64,000 nucleotides of DNA from an uncultured Pelagibacteraceae bacterium (GCA_902592285.1 CACJED010000001.1:3379-67378); one strand, 5' to 3'; numbered from the stretch's first letter, positions 30,946 through 42,448 are shown. A program made the numbers and translations. The notes: a model not told the origin generated them from the sequence alone.

Positions 30946-31674
30946 TTATTTTTTTGGTTCAGCAGTTTTTTTGTCTGCAGGCTTGCTGTCGTCACCCTCT
31001 TTTTTTTCACTTTCAGCTGCAGGTTTGTCTCCATCTGCAGCCGCAGCCTCGGCACCCTCAGCCCCTTCAGCACCCTCTACAGTTTCCTCTTCAGCTGGTT
31101 TTTCAGGTTCTTTCATTACTGTAGGTGCAGCCAAAGTAGCAATAACAAAATCTCTTCCTTGAATAGTTGGAACTACCTCACTATCTAATTTTATAGATGA
31201 AATTTTAAAGCTTTCTCCTATGTCAACACCATCAAGATCAATAGTTAATTTTTCAGGTATTTTTTCGCTTGGACATTTAAGCTCAACTTTTCTTCTCACA
31301 ATGTTAAGTACCCCACCTCTTTTTAATCCTGGTGATTTTTCGTGATTAATAAATTCTACCGGAACTTCAATTTTTATCTTTACTCCTGGAATAATTCTTA
31401 AAAAATCAACATGAATTGGTTCATCAGTTATCACATCGTAGATGACTTCTTTTGGAAGAACATTTTGATTTTTACCATTAAGTGAAAGAGTAATTATATT
31501 TGATAAAAAGTTCTCTTTTTCTATTGTAGATTTTAGTGTTTTTTTTGATATTGAAATTTTCTCGTTCTCTTCTTTTCCTCCATAAATTATCGCAGGCACA
31601 TTCCCACCATCCTTTATAGTATTCAGTTGACCTTTAGTTTTGTTATCTCTTGTAGTTGCTTCTAATGAAATCAT
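30946..31674 (-). CDS. rplY: 50S ribosomal protein L25/Ctc
   Basis: PAIIYG, HVDF, PGLKRGG; acidic low-complexity tail. Confidence 0.95.
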   Translation of the reverse strand: MISLEATTRDNKTKGQLNTIKDGGNVPAIIYGGKEENEKISISKKTLKSTIEKENFLSNIITLSLNGKNQNVLPKEVIYDVITDEPIHVDFLRIIPGVKIKIEVPVEFINHEKSPGLKRGGVLNIVRRKVELKCPSEKIPEKLTIDLDGVDIGESFKISSIKLDSEVVPTIQGRDFVIATLAAPTVMKEPEKPAEEETVEGAEGAEGAEAAAADGDKPAAESEKKEGDDSKPADKKTAEPKK

Positions 31675-31719
31675 AAAAACACAGGTTTTTAGCCCAAGTT
31701 AGTCAATAACTCAAGGTAA

Positions 31720-32652
31720 TTATTTAAATAAATCAGATACTGAAGTTGAATTAGATATTCTTTTAATTGCCTCTCCCATTAATCCTGAAACTGATAAAAC
31801 TTCAATATTTTTGGTATTTTTAACTTTTTCTAAATTGTCGATCGTGTCTGTGATTACTAAATTTTTTATAACAGAACTTTTAATTTTTTTAACTGCTTCT
31901 CCACTAAGCACTCCATGTGTAATATAAACATAAACTTCTTTTGCTCCTCTATCTTTTAGAGCCTTTGCTGCATTGATGATGGTTCCACCTGAATCGATTA
32001 TATCATCAACAATTATACAAGTTTTGTCTTTAACATTTCCAATTATATTCATTACTTGAGATTGACCTGGTTTCGGTCTTCTCTTATCTACAATTGCTAA
32101 ACCTACATTCAATATTTTTCCTAATGCTCTTGCTCTTTCAGTACCACCAACATCTGGTGCAATACAAATTAAATTTTTACTTTTTATTTTTTTCTTAATA
32201 TGCCTTGCAAAAATTGGTGTTGAAAAAAGATTATCAACAGGAATATCAAAAAATCCTTGTATTTGGCCTGCATGCAAATCGACAGTTACTACTCTATCAG
32301 CTCCCGCTTTTGTTATTAAATTAGAAACTAATTTTGCTGAGATAGAAGTTCTAGGTACAACTTTTCTATCTTGTCTTGCATAACCAAAATATGGAATCAC
32401 TGCAGTTATATTTTTAGCAGAGGATCTTTTGAGGGCATCTATACAAAGTAACAATTCCATTAAATTATCATTCGCAGGAGATGAAACTGATTGAATAATA
32501 AATATACTATTACCTCTGATATTTTCATTTATTTCTATATAAATTTCTCCATCAGAAAATTTCTTAATACTTGAGTTAACAAGTTTAGTTTTCAAATATT
32601 TAGAGATTTGTTTACTTAAAGGTTTGTTGCTGTTTCCTGATAATAATTTCAT
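31720..32652 (-). CDS. prs: ribose-phosphate pyrophosphokinase
   Basis: FSDGE, PYFGYARQDR, DLHAGQIQGFF, VDDIIDSGGT. Confidence 0.97.
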   Translation of the reverse strand: MKLLSGNSNKPLSKQISKYLKTKLVNSSIKKFSDGEIYIEINENIRGNSIFIIQSVSSPANDNLMELLLCIDALKRSSAKNITAVIPYFGYARQDRKVVPRTSISAKLVSNLITKAGADRVVTVDLHAGQIQGFFDIPVDNLFSTPIFARHIKKKIKSKNLICIAPDVGGTERARALGKILNVGLAIVDKRRPKPGQSQVMNIIGNVKDKTCIIVDDIIDSGGTIINAAKALKDRGAKEVYVYITHGVLSGEAVKKIKSSVIKNLVITDTIDNLEKVKNTKNIEVLSVSGLMGEAIKRISNSTSVSDLFK

Positions 32653-32661
32653 TAAAAAAGC

Positions 32662-33420
32662 TTAATTAAGCATAATTATTGAAATATTTCTACCATAATC
32701 AGCATGATTTAATTTTAAAGCTCTTCTTGCACTAAATAAATTATTGTTAATATCGAATGTATCAATATTCATTTTTTCAATATTTTTTATTTTATTCTTT
32801 AAAAGACAAGATTTTACATAACTAGGTAAATCAAAATATAGTTTTTTGTACTTTATTTTAAAAAATTTGTTATTTTTTTTATCTTTATTAATAAATTTTC
32901 TTTTAAAATCTTTTTTAACTTCGTAATTCTTAACCGAAATAGCTGGTCCTATAACTGCAGTAATATTTCTAGGATTAGATCCTTTTTTCATCATAAAATT
33001 AATTACTTTACTGATTATATCCTTATATGCCCCCTTCCAACCAGCATGAATTGCAGCAATGAAATTTTTCTTTTTATCACAAATTAATATAGGCACACAG
33101 TCTGCGGTCAAAATACCAATGGGTAAATTTTTCTGATTGGTAATCACTGCATCTGCTTTTGGTTTTGAAGAAAATCTACTTTTTTGATCAACATAAACAA
33201 ACTTATTACTGTGTATTTGATGAAGTAAAAAAATATTTTTGGAATTTTTATCTATTTTTTTTTTTACTATTCTTAAATTTTCTTTGACATTCGATGGATC
33301 ATCTTTAGATCCATGACCGCAATTTAAACTATTATAAATCTTTTTTGATTTACCACCAGTTTTATCAAAAAAACCATGTCTTATATTTTTTATTTTTGAA
33401 AGTTTTTTTGATATGATCAA
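32662..33420 (-). CDS. pgeF: YfiH/PgeF family protein (purine nucleoside phosphorylase/peptidoglycan editing factor)
   Basis: QIHS, TADCVP, AIHAGWKG, GPAI, SARR. Confidence 0.92.
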   Translation of the reverse strand: MIISKKLSKIKNIRHGFFDKTGGKSKKIYNSLNCGHGSKDDPSNVKENLRIVKKKIDKNSKNIFLLHQIHSNKFVYVDQKSRFSSKPKADAVITNQKNLPIGILTADCVPILICDKKKNFIAAIHAGWKGAYKDIISKVINFMMKKGSNPRNITAVIGPAISVKNYEVKKDFKRKFINKDKKNNKFFKIKYKKLYFDLPSYVKSCLLKNKIKNIEKMNIDTFDINNNLFSARRALKLNHADYGRNISIIMLN

Positions 33421-34469
33421 TTTGAAAAGCCTGTCCTAAAATTATTTTTCTTTTGTTTAATAAGCATTACTTTGAATAATTCACCCATTTGTTTATCATC
33501 AATTAAACGTCTCACCCTGTAAAATAAATCTGATTTTCTAGAAAATGCTATATTTTTACTTATTATTTCTGCTCTTTGAATAATACCCATATTTGTCAAA
33601 AATTTTTTTTGGTTTGTAAATATTGAATCAACTTCCTCAAATTGACTTATAAATTTTTCAAAGGAATGAAAATTAATATTGTATGTTATATCTGAGTCTC
33701 CAATATTCTCTAAAATATTCGAGTATTTATGCTTATTTATTGCCTGAAGAGTTTCATACATTTTGCTGTCCGCATAGCCATAATCAATAATTAAAATTCC
33801 TCCATCATTTTTTTGTATTGAATCACAAATAATCTTTAAATATTTAAATGTATCTGGAGAATATTCAATTATGTTCTGATTTTTTGATATTTCAAAATTT
33901 AAATTTTTTTCAATTTTTCTAATATCAATTTTTTCTTCTTTAAATTCAGCTTTTTTTGGATTATTTAAATCTACAAATCTTTCAATCCAACCATTTTTTT
34001 TTTTAAAAAATTGTTTTATTGGAATAGCATCAAAGAATTCATTAGCTAAAAAGATTGTAGGTTTTGTATCTAGTTTTGCTAAATTTACTAACCATGAAAA
34101 TTTTTTAGAATTTAAATTTTTTTTTTGTTCATTAATTAAAAATTCGCTTTTTTCATGTATTATAAAATTACACGCATTATAACATTCAGGGAAATTCATA
34201 AGTGTCTCTTCTATTACTTTCATCATTTCACCATTTCCAGATCCAAGCTCAAGTAAATTAAATTGTTTTGGAGAGCCTATACTTTTCCAAAAAGTAATAG
34301 TCCATACTGCAATTATTTCAGAAAAAAGCCTCGTTATATTAGGAGCAGTTATAAAATCTCCGTTTTTACCAAAAGGATTTTTTTTCATATAATATCCAGA
34401 ATTTTTGTCGTAGAGAGCAAAATTTATAAATTGGTCTAATGGTAAATTACTGGTTTTAGGGATTTTCAT
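33417..34469 (-). CDS. SAM-dependent methyltransferase, MidA/NDUFAF7 family
   Basis: GDFITAP, ELGSGNG, ANEFFDA, IDYG, MGELFKV. Confidence 0.92.
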   Translation of the reverse strand: MKIPKTSNLPLDQFINFALYDKNSGYYMKKNPFGKNGDFITAPNITRLFSEIIAVWTITFWKSIGSPKQFNLLELGSGNGEMMKVIEETLMNFPECYNACNFIIHEKSEFLINEQKKNLNSKKFSWLVNLAKLDTKPTIFLANEFFDAIPIKQFFKKKNGWIERFVDLNNPKKAEFKEEKIDIRKIEKNLNFEISKNQNIIEYSPDTFKYLKIICDSIQKNDGGILIIDYGYADSKMYETLQAINKHKYSNILENIGDSDITYNINFHSFEKFISQFEEVDSIFTNQKKFLTNMGIIQRAEIISKNIAFSRKSDLFYRVRRLIDDKQMGELFKVMLIKQKKNNFRTGFSN

Positions 34470-35223
34470 ATTTTAAATAAAATAAAATTACTCCTGATAA
34501 AAAAAATAATAAACTTATAAGTTGTCCCATTGATAAATTTAAAATTATATAACCAAGCTGTTCATCTGGTAGTCTGTAAAACTCAATAAAAAATCTGAAA
34601 ATTGAATAAAATATTAGAAATAATCCAGAAATTAAGCCAGGTTTATTCAAGAATTTTTTTTTGAAATAAATTAATATTAAAAACAAAACTAAGCCTTCTA
34701 ATAATGCCTCGTATAATTGTGCAGGATGTCTAGGAAGACTATCTATATTAATGAATATTACTGCCCAGGGCACATTTGTTATTGGTCCATATAATTCCGA
34801 ATTTATAAAGTTTGCAATCCTTCCAAAAAAAATACCAATTGGAGATACTAATGCTACAACGTCCAGATATTCAAAAACATCATCATCATTTTTTTTTGCA
34901 AAAATAATACTAGTTATAATTATTCCTATTACCCCACCATGAAAAGACATTCCACCTTGCCATACTTTAAAAATGTCGACTGGGTTATTTATATAAAAAT
35001 CAAAATTGTAAAATAAAACATATCCAATTCTACCACCTAATATAAGACCAATTATAATAAATGTGATGTAATCATCAAACCTACTGTAAATATTTTTATT
35101 TACAAAAATCTTTTTTGCTAGATACCAGCCAATAAGAATACCCATTATATATGCTAAGGAATACCAGCGTATTTCTAATGAAAAAATTTCTATTGCTACT
35201 GGGTCAAAATTATTAATGAACAT
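34456..35223 (-). CDS. lgt: prolipoprotein diacylglyceryl transferase
   Basis: GGRIGYVLFY, GGMSFHGG, GRIANFINSEL, RHPAQLYE. Confidence 0.97.
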   Translation of the reverse strand: MFINNFDPVAIEIFSLEIRWYSLAYIMGILIGWYLAKKIFVNKNIYSRFDDYITFIIIGLILGGRIGYVLFYNFDFYINNPVDIFKVWQGGMSFHGGVIGIIITSIIFAKKNDDDVFEYLDVVALVSPIGIFFGRIANFINSELYGPITNVPWAVIFINIDSLPRHPAQLYEALLEGLVLFLILIYFKKKFLNKPGLISGLFLIFYSIFRFFIEFYRLPDEQLGYIILNLSMGQLISLLFFLSGVILFYLKYENP

Positions 35224-35273
35224 TCCAAATTATAAATATAAGATATTGATATATTAACATAATAAATAAATAT

Positions 35274-35525
35274 ATGAAAAATTCTAAATTTGTTTTTGAA
35301 AAAATTACAAAATTACTTGAACAGGGCCTTATTTCATCAAGAGATCTTGCGACTGAAATAATTACAATTTTAAAATCAAAAAGGGATGAGATTGTTTTTA
35401 AAATGAGACTTGCAAGCAAAGATGAATTAGAGATTTTATCTGAAAGAGTTGAAAATTTAGAAAAAAAGCTTGGAAAATTACATCAGCGAAAGAAAAAAAA
35501 AGTTAAACAGGCAAAAAGATCCTAA
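35274..35525 (+). CDS. UbiK/BMFP-family accessory factor (small coiled-coil protein)
   Basis: 83 aa, L.SKDE.E pattern and C-terminal coiled coil; divergent from lgt as in other alphaproteobacteria. Confidence 0.7.
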   Translation: MKNSKFVFEKITKLLEQGLISSRDLATEIITILKSKRDEIVFKMRLASKDELEILSERVENLEKKLGKLHQRKKKKVKQAKRS

Positions 35526-36822
35526 CCTCGAGACCTTTTAATTTAGATTTTTCTAATTTTATATTCCCACCATGTGATCGGATTATATCTGAGGCGATCG
35601 AAAGACCGAGACCAACACTTGATTTTGTTTCAGCTCTACCCTTATCAATTTTGTAGAAAGGTTTAAAAACATTATCGTATTCTTTTTCAGGAATACCTGG
35701 ACCGTCATCCTCAATTTTAATAAATACATTTGTGCTCTTTTTTGAGAGTTCTACGTAAACTTTTTTTCCATATTTTAAAGCATTATCAATTAAATTATTG
35801 ATACATCTTTTGATTAAGTTTTTTCTTCCATTTAAATAAACTCGTTCATTAATAGATGATGTTAAATTTTGATTATTATATTTTTCAACTATTTCTTTGA
35901 TTAATTCACTTAAATTGAACAATTCATCCTTTTCAATATAAGATGAACTTGTAAATTGAAGGTACTCATTCAACATTTTTTCCATTTCATTAATATCTTC
36001 AACTAGTTTATTAGAAATATCCTTTTCTTTAATAAAAGCTGTTTGTAATTTCATTCTAGTTAGTGGAGTTCTGAGATCGTGACTAATACCTGACAACATT
36101 TCTGATCTTTGATTTAGATGCCTCATTATTCTTTTTCTCATTCGATCAAATTCATACCCAGCTTGTCTTATTTCAGATGCTCCTGAAGGTTTAAATTCCT
36201 CAATTTCCTCTCCTCTTCCAAATTTCTCTGCAGCTTTTGCAAGAGCAGTAATTGGTCTGGTTTGATTTTTTAAAAATATTAGGGAAATTATTATCATTAT
36301 GAATGCAGGCACTGTGATCCATAATCCAAAAATTCTAGCTGAGGAACTAGTAAGCCTATCTTTAGGAATTAAAAATTTAAAGTAACCATCTTGATATTGG
36401 ATTCTTAAATCAATTAATTCTTTATAATTTGTAGTATTAAACCAAAATCTTGATACTCCGAACCTTGATTTCAGTTCTCTTCTAAGAGTTCTATCTATAG
36501 GACTAAACCATCTTTCATCATAACTGTAATTAAAGTTTCCATCTTGAATAAATTCGATGTTTAAATCTTGGTATAATGAAAATAGATTAGTAATTTCACT
36601 TTTATCAAAATTATCATTATTATAAACTTCAATAAATGTTTTGACTTCATTAACCAATGCTCTTGTCATACCTTTATTTGTTTTTATCCAAAGACTATCA
36701 AAAAAAACTATAGTAATTATTAATTGAATTACTATTACTGGAATAGCAACAATCAACAATGCTCTATAAAATAATCTTTTAGGCAATAAGTCTTTTAAAA
36801 ATTTACTCAATCCATAAAACAT
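35503..36822 (-). CDS. sensor histidine kinase, EnvZ-like
   Basis: 2 TM helices, HAMP, SHDLRTPL H-box, NLIDNA N-box, DDGPG and GLGLSI G-boxes. Confidence 0.93.
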   Translation of the reverse strand: MFYGLSKFLKDLLPKRLFYRALLIVAIPVIVIQLIITIVFFDSLWIKTNKGMTRALVNEVKTFIEVYNNDNFDKSEITNLFSLYQDLNIEFIQDGNFNYSYDERWFSPIDRTLRRELKSRFGVSRFWFNTTNYKELIDLRIQYQDGYFKFLIPKDRLTSSSARIFGLWITVPAFIMIIISLIFLKNQTRPITALAKAAEKFGRGEEIEEFKPSGASEIRQAGYEFDRMRKRIMRHLNQRSEMLSGISHDLRTPLTRMKLQTAFIKEKDISNKLVEDINEMEKMLNEYLQFTSSSYIEKDELFNLSELIKEIVEKYNNQNLTSSINERVYLNGRKNLIKRCINNLIDNALKYGKKVYVELSKKSTNVFIKIEDDGPGIPEKEYDNVFKPFYKIDKGRAETKSSVGLGLSIASDIIRSHGGNIKLEKSKLKGLEVRIFLPV

Positions 36823-37480
36823 AGCCAGCACCTCTTATTGTTTGAAGAAATTTTGGATTCTTAGGATCTAATTCAATTTTTTTTCTCAATCGTGTAATAA
36901 TTACATCAATTGATCTTTCTTTATTCAAATCAATTAATTTACCTATTTCCATTCTTTCAAAAGTTTTCCCTGGATTATTAATCATTTTTTCTAGAATAAT
37001 TTTTTCTGTATTATTAATTTTATATTCTATCTTATTTTTAAATATTAATTGTTTATTAAGATCAATTTTAATATTTTCAAATTCTATAACTCTTTTTAAA
37101 TTAATTTTCTTTGTTTTATTAAGAATATTTTTAATTCTCAAAAGTAATTCTTTAGGCTCGAAAGGTTTAGGTAAATAATCGTCTGCACCAATCTCTAAAC
37201 CCTCAACTCTTTCATCTGCTTGACCTTTTGCCGTCAACAATATTATTGGGGTTTCAAAATCTGTTTTATTTTCTCTAATGAATTCTAGGCCACTTTTGCC
37301 AGGCATCATTATATCTAGTATAATTAAGTCAAATTTTATTATTTTTATTTTTTCAAGAGCATTCTCTGCGCTATCTGCTGTTGAGATTAAATATTTATTT
37401 TCATCTAAATATCTTTTAACTAAAGTTCTTATTCCTTCATCATCATCAACTACAAGTATGTGTGCTAAAAAATTATCCAT
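36803..37480 (-). CDS. OmpR-family response regulator (PetR-like)
   Basis: receiver DDD, LDIMMP, KPF; wHTH RSIDV.ITRLR, TIRGAGY. Confidence 0.94.
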   Translation of the reverse strand: MDNFLAHILVVDDDEGIRTLVKRYLDENKYLISTADSAENALEKIKIIKFDLIILDIMMPGKSGLEFIRENKTDFETPIILLTAKGQADERVEGLEIGADDYLPKPFEPKELLLRIKNILNKTKKINLKRVIEFENIKIDLNKQLIFKNKIEYKINNTEKIILEKMINNPGKTFERMEIGKLIDLNKERSIDVIITRLRKKIELDPKNPKFLQTIRGAGYVLWIE

Positions 37481-37910
37481 TTATAATTTTATGTAAGACA
37501 CTATCAAAGTTTAATACCTCTTCAGATTTAGAATTTAATAGAGCATTGTAAATTCTTTTTTTTTGTGTTTGAAATATTTCGTTTGAAATATTTCGACCTT
37601 TATCATTCAAGTAAATGTGTTTAACTCTTGTATCTTGATCATCTTTTTTAAATTCAATTATCTCTAATTTAATCAAATCTTTAAGCACCCTATTAAGACT
37701 TTGTTTTGTAACTTTTAATCTTTTAAGAAGTTCAGAAATTGAAATACCTTCATACATTGACAATAAGTGAATTACCTTATTATGCGCCAATCCAATTGAG
37801 TATTTTTCAAGAATTTTTTTAGAGTCTGAAAAAATTTCTCTATATCCAATGAATAATTTTTCTATTAAATCTTTAAGTTGATCATCTTTTAAATATAAAA
37901 GTTCTTTCAT
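37473..37910 (-). CDS. MarR-family transcriptional regulator (PetP-like)
   Basis: HTH TKQSLNRVLK, wing D.R. Confidence 0.9.
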   Translation of the reverse strand: MKELLYLKDDQLKDLIEKLFIGYREIFSDSKKILEKYSIGLAHNKVIHLLSMYEGISISELLKRLKVTKQSLNRVLKDLIKLEIIEFKKDDQDTRVKHIYLNDKGRNISNEIFQTQKKRIYNALLNSKSEEVLNFDSVLHKIING

Positions 37911-37925
37911 GATTGGTAAGTTATA

Positions 37926-37954
37926 TTGACATATTACAGATACAAAGATAATTT
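37926..37954 (+). promoter_or_regulatory. putative sigma70 promoter of ilvE
   Basis: perfect TTGACA at 37926-37931 with TAATTT 17 nt later, in the 67-bp divergent gap. Confidence 0.45.
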
Positions 37955-37977
37955 TCAGTAATAATTTTTATTTCATA

Positions 37978-38859
37978 ATGGTACCGTACGATAAAAGATC
38001 TGGAAAAATTTGGTATAATAGCGAACTTGTAGACTGGAGTGACGCTAAGATTCATGTTTTAAATCATGGTTTACATTATGCTAGTTGTGTTTTTGAAGGT
38101 GAAAGAGTTTATGATGGGACAATTTTCAAATTAGAAGAGCATACAGCAAGACTTTTTTATTCAGCAAAAAGAATGGGAATGATAGTCCCATATTCAGAAA
38201 CAGAGATTAATGATGCTTGCAATAAAATCATTACTGTTCAAAAAATTGATAATGGGTATGTAAGACCTACAATTTGGAGAGGGAGTGAAATGATGGCAAT
38301 CTCTGCACAAAAAACAAAAATTCATGTAGCGATAGCAACTTGGGAATGGGGATCTTATTTTGATCCAAAATTAAAAGTTGAGGGAATAAAATTAAATATT
38401 TCGAGCTGGAGAAGACCAGCTCCTAATACAATTCCTTGGGACACAAAAGCATCCGGTCTCTATATGATTTGTACATTATCTAAACATGAGGCAGAAGGAC
38501 AAGGTTATGCAGACTCTTTAATGTTAGATCACGAAGGTAATGTTGCTGAGGCAACAGGTGCAAATATTTTTTTTAAAGATAAAAATGGTGAGCTACATAC
38601 TCCTATACCAGATTCTTTTTTGGATGGTATCACAAGACGCACAGTTATTGACATTGCCAAGTCAAAAAATATTAAGGTTCACGAAAGAAAAATAAGTCCT
38701 ATTGAGCTTTCTGAATTTGTTGGTTGTTTTTTAACAGGAACTGCCGCTGAAGTTACACCAGTTTCATGTATTGCTAAAAATCAGTTTAAGGTTTGTGATT
38801 TAATTATAGATTTAAATAAGAGCTATCAAATTTTAGTTAGAAAGAAAAAAGCAGCTTAA
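37978..38859 (+). CDS. ilvE: branched-chain amino acid aminotransferase
   Basis: LHYASCVFEG.R, K.SGLY, E.TGANIF, LDGITR, TGTAAEV. Confidence 0.95.
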   Translation: MVPYDKRSGKIWYNSELVDWSDAKIHVLNHGLHYASCVFEGERVYDGTIFKLEEHTARLFYSAKRMGMIVPYSETEINDACNKIITVQKIDNGYVRPTIWRGSEMMAISAQKTKIHVAIATWEWGSYFDPKLKVEGIKLNISSWRRPAPNTIPWDTKASGLYMICTLSKHEAEGQGYADSLMLDHEGNVAEATGANIFFKDKNGELHTPIPDSFLDGITRRTVIDIAKSKNIKVHERKISPIELSEFVGCFLTGTAAEVTPVSCIAKNQFKVCDLIIDLNKSYQILVRKKKAA

Positions 38860-39440
38860 TCTTTATTATCCTCAGATATTGCGTGATCAATTCCTTTACG
38901 CATATATTCATAACCAGTAAATAAAGTAAGTGCAGCTGATAACCACAATAATATAATACCAATTGTTTGTGCATTATAGTCTTGAAAATTTAAAATTCTA
39001 TTACCAGTATCTCCTGACAATAAAAGCGCGATAGACACCATTTGCAAAACAGTTTTTAATTTGGCGAGATTTGAGACGGGAAGTTTGATTTTTCCTTTTG
39101 CTAAAAATTCTCTTAAGCCTGAAATCAAAATTTCTCTTGTTAAAATAATTATTGCAGCAATAACTTCATAATTTCTGATCGTGCCATCCATAACCAATAA
39201 AATAAGAGCTGTGGCAACGATAATTTTATCAGCAATAGGATCTAATAATTCACCTAGCTTTGACTCTTCACCAAGTAACCTTGCTAACATACCATCTAAA
39301 AAATCTGTGAAGGATGCTATTATGAATAATATTAATGCTGTCAAATCACCGTAAAATCCTGGCAAATAAAATGCTAATACAAAAAAAGGGACAATTAAAA
39401 TTCGACCAACAGTTAAAATGTTTGGGATTTTTCTAAGCAT
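38856..39440 (-). CDS. pgsA: CDP-diacylglycerol--glycerol-3-phosphate 3-phosphatidyltransferase
   Basis: PNILT.GR, DFLDG.LAR...S.LG..LDPIADK. Confidence 0.95.
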   Translation of the reverse strand: MLRKIPNILTVGRILIVPFFVLAFYLPGFYGDLTALILFIIASFTDFLDGMLARLLGEESKLGELLDPIADKIIVATALILLVMDGTIRNYEVIAAIIILTREILISGLREFLAKGKIKLPVSNLAKLKTVLQMVSIALLLSGDTGNRILNFQDYNAQTIGIILLWLSAALTLFTGYEYMRKGIDHAISEDNKD

Positions 39441-39448
39441 ATCTATTT

Positions 39449-41284
39449 TTACTCATGAAAAAAATTATATATTTTTTTGGCAACTCTTGTTTCTACCCCT
39501 TCTACTGATTTTATTTCATCAAGACTAGCAGATTCTACAGCTCTAGCAGAACCAAAATGATTTAATAAAGCTCTCTTTCGAATAGTGCCAATACCCTCAA
39601 TTTGATCAAGTAAAGATTTACTAATTCCTTTTTTTCGTTTAGCTCTATGAGCACTTATTGCAAATCGGTGTGATTCATCTCTAATTCTTTGAAGAAAGAA
39701 GAGAGTAGGGTCATTTTTTACAAATTTAAATTCTTTACCATTGTGAAAAAAAGTTTCATTACCACTATTTCTAAGTTTTCCTTTTGCTATAGCTACTATT
39801 GGTAAGTCATGAAGACCTAACTCATTTAGGGTTTCTCTAGCAACAGAGTATTGTCCTTTTCCACCATCGATTAAAACTAAGTCAGGAAAAGTGAGGTAGT
39901 TATCTTTTTCCTGAATAGCTCTTTTAAACCTTCGATTTAGCACCTCTCGCATCATTCCATAATCATCTTGTTCATTTTTCTTAATCTTAATATTAAATTT
40001 TCTATACCTTTTTTTGATAAATCCTTCATCGCCATAAGCAATTAAAGCTCCTACACTGTTGGTCCCTTGAATATGGCTGTTATCATAAACTTCAATTAAA
40101 TTTATGTTTGTCTCTAGATTAAACTTACTAGAAACTGAATTAAATAATTCCCTATTATTTTGATTTTCATAAAGCTTCCTATTTAAACTATCTTTTGCAT
40201 TTTTGACTGCTTGATGAATTACTTTTAATTTTGAGCCTTTCTTTGCAACAGAAATGTTAATTTGTTTTTCTTCTTTTTGGGAAAGAGTTTTTTCAATTAA
40301 AGTTTTTTCCTTAATTTCTTCTGATAAAATTATTGATGAGGGAACACTTTTGTTTTCATAAAATTGGGAAACAAATGAATTTAATATATCACCCAATTTT
40401 TCATCAGGATCATGTTTTGGAAAAAATGCTTGATTACCCCAATTTTGTTTTGAACGATAAAAAAAAACTTGAATACAAGTCTTACCAGACTCTTTATAAC
40501 CTGCAATTACATCAGCCTCTATTAAATTTGCCTCATTAATTCTCTGAGATGACTGAATGATATTTAATGATTTAATTCTATCTCTCAAAATTACTGCTTT
40601 TTCAAAATCCAAATCCTCGCTTGCCTTTTCCATTTGGTCAGAAAGACTTCTTTGTATTTTTCTTGATTTCCCAGAAACAAATTCTATTGCATCATCAACT
40701 GTCTTTTTATATTCATCTTTTTCTATATAACCTACACATGGTCCAGAACATCTTTTGATTTGATATAAAATACACGGACGTTCTCTGTTTTTAAAAACCG
40801 TATCATCACAAACCCTTATATGAAAGATTTTTTGTATCATTTTAATAGTCCAGTTTGCTGAGCCAGCTGATGCAAATGGTCCAAAATAAAAACCTTCTTT
40901 TGTTTTTTTTCCTCTATGCCTTTTTATTTGAGGCCATTGATCTTTATTTCCAATAAAAATAAATGGAAAAGATTTATCGTCCCTTAAAAGAATATTAAAT
41001 TTTGGTTTATGTTTTTTGATTAAATTTGCTTCCAAAAGTAAAGCTTCACTTTCGTTTGATGTTGTTGTTATTTCTAATCTTCTCGTTTGGGACAACATTC
41101 TTTCTGTTCTAATTATGTGATTTTTTTCTGTGATATAACTTTTAAGTCTATTTGGTAAATTTTTTGCTTTTCCAACATAAAGAATTTCTCCTTTATCATT
41201 TAACATTCTATAAACACCTGGAAGTTTGGGAATTAAGGTGAGTTCTTTCTTAATTACTTCTTTACCTATTTCAGAGCTTATCAT
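39449..41284 (-). CDS. uvrC: excinuclease ABC subunit C
   Basis: GIY-YIG ([11 protein letters not shown]), Cys-rich region, [20 protein letters not shown], HhH; likely start 41284. Confidence 0.97.
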   Translation of the reverse strand: MISSEIGKEVIKKELTLIPKLPGVYRMLNDKGEILYVGKAKNLPNRLKSYITEKNHIIRTERMLSQTRRLEITTTSNESEALLLEANLIKKHKPKFNILLRDDKSFPFIFIGNKDQWPQIKRHRGKKTKEGFYFGPFASAGSANWTIKMIQKIFHIRVCDDTVFKNRERPCILYQIKRCSGPCVGYIEKDEYKKTVDDAIEFVSGKSRKIQRSLSDQMEKASEDLDFEKAVILRDRIKSLNIIQSSQRINEANLIEADVIAGYKESGKTCIQVFFYRSKQNWGNQAFFPKHDPDEKLGDILNSFVSQFYENKSVPSSIILSEEIKEKTLIEKTLSQKEEKQINISVAKKGSKLKVIHQAVKNAKDSLNRKLYENQNNRELFNSVSSKFNLETNINLIEVYDNSHIQGTNSVGALIAYGDEGFIKKRYRKFNIKIKKNEQDDYGMMREVLNRRFKRAIQEKDNYLTFPDLVLIDGGKGQYSVARETLNELGLHDLPIVAIAKGKLRNSGNETFFHNGKEFKFVKNDPTLFFLQRIRDESHRFAISAHRAKRKKGISKSLLDQIEGIGTIRKRALLNHFGSARAVESASLDEIKSVEGVETRVAKKIYNFFHE

Positions 41285-41696
41285 GACTTCTTTTTTTGGT
41301 AATTTGAATACCAACAGATGAACATTCTTTCAAAATTTCTAATTTTTCAATTTTCAGCATTATTTTTGCAATTCTTTTATCTCTAAATAGTTCATCAAAA
41401 ACAGCCTCAGCAAGAGTTTCCAAAAAATTATAATGTTTCTTTTTAACTAACTTTGTGATGAGTTTGACAATAGTATCGTAGTTTACAATAGATTTTATAT
41501 CTTTATCATTTGATGGTTTTTTATCCTGATAATCAATTTCAAGACCAAATTTTACCTTTTGTGGTTTTTCTTTTTCAAAATCATAATATCCAAGTTTTAA
41601 ATCTAAAATTAATTCATTTATGAGAATTTTTTTCTCATAATTAAATAAGCTTTTATTTTTATCTATTTTTATAATCTTAAGATTATTTTTTTTCAT
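41271..41696 (-). CDS. folB: dihydroneopterin aldolase (FolB fold)
   Basis: G.YDFEK..PQ, VNYD, FLETLAE, K.EK, VG motifs. Confidence 0.85.
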   Translation of the reverse strand: MKKNNLKIIKIDKNKSLFNYEKKILINELILDLKLGYYDFEKEKPQKVKFGLEIDYQDKKPSNDKDIKSIVNYDTIVKLITKLVKKKHYNFLETLAEAVFDELFRDKRIAKIMLKIEKLEILKECSSVGIQITKKRSHDKL

Positions 41697-42429
41697 TCTT
41701 TGCCCTTAATAATATCAGGTGTTTGCCAATTTAAACTTTGACCACTATCAATTGCTAAAACTTGACCAGTAATAGAGCTGTTTTTTATAAAAAAGTCAAC
41801 AGCATTACAAATTTCTTCTACATCAACTTTTTGTTTTAGTGGTGTAGACAAATATTGATTTTTAAAGTGTTTTTGAGACTGTCTTTTATTTTTAATTGTT
41901 GGTCCTGGAGCTATACCATTAACTCTTATATTTGGTGATAGGCTCATCGCGGAAGTCTTGGTTAATGTATATAAACCTGTTTTACTTAATGTATATGAAA
42001 AAAAATAAGGAGTAAGCTTAAATACTCTTTGATCAATTATATTTATTATATTGTTATTTTTACCTTTGATATTCTTTGAAAATTCTTTTGTTAAAAGAGC
42101 AGGGGCTTTAAGATTTGTTGAAATATGATTTTCCCAACTTTTTGAACTAAAGTTTTCTAATTTATCATTTTCAAATAATGATGCGTTATTTATTAGACAA
42201 TCAAAATATTTTAATTTTGATTTAGAAAATTTAATTATTTTATTAACATCTTTTTCTTTACTCAAATCTGCTCTCACTAAATAAATTTTTGTGCCGTAAT
42301 TTTGAAGTTTTTTCCTCAGATTTTCTGCTTTAGATTTAGATTTGTTATACTGAATTACAATTTGTTTATTTGGACCTGATAATTTCTTAGCTATTGCAGC
42401 ACCAATCCTTGTTGCTCCTCCAGTAATGA

Positions 42430-42448
<19 letters not shown>
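41693..42448 (-). CDS. short-chain dehydrogenase/reductase, pteridine reductase (FolM/PTR1)-like
   Basis: [27 protein letters not shown]; coupled to folB. Confidence 0.85.

Noticed and set aside
30920-31162. 80-aa Ser/Ala-rich plus-strand ORF and ~9-bp GCACCCTCA-like repeats
   Set aside because: Antisense of the EGA-repeat acidic tail of rplY, a normal Ctc feature
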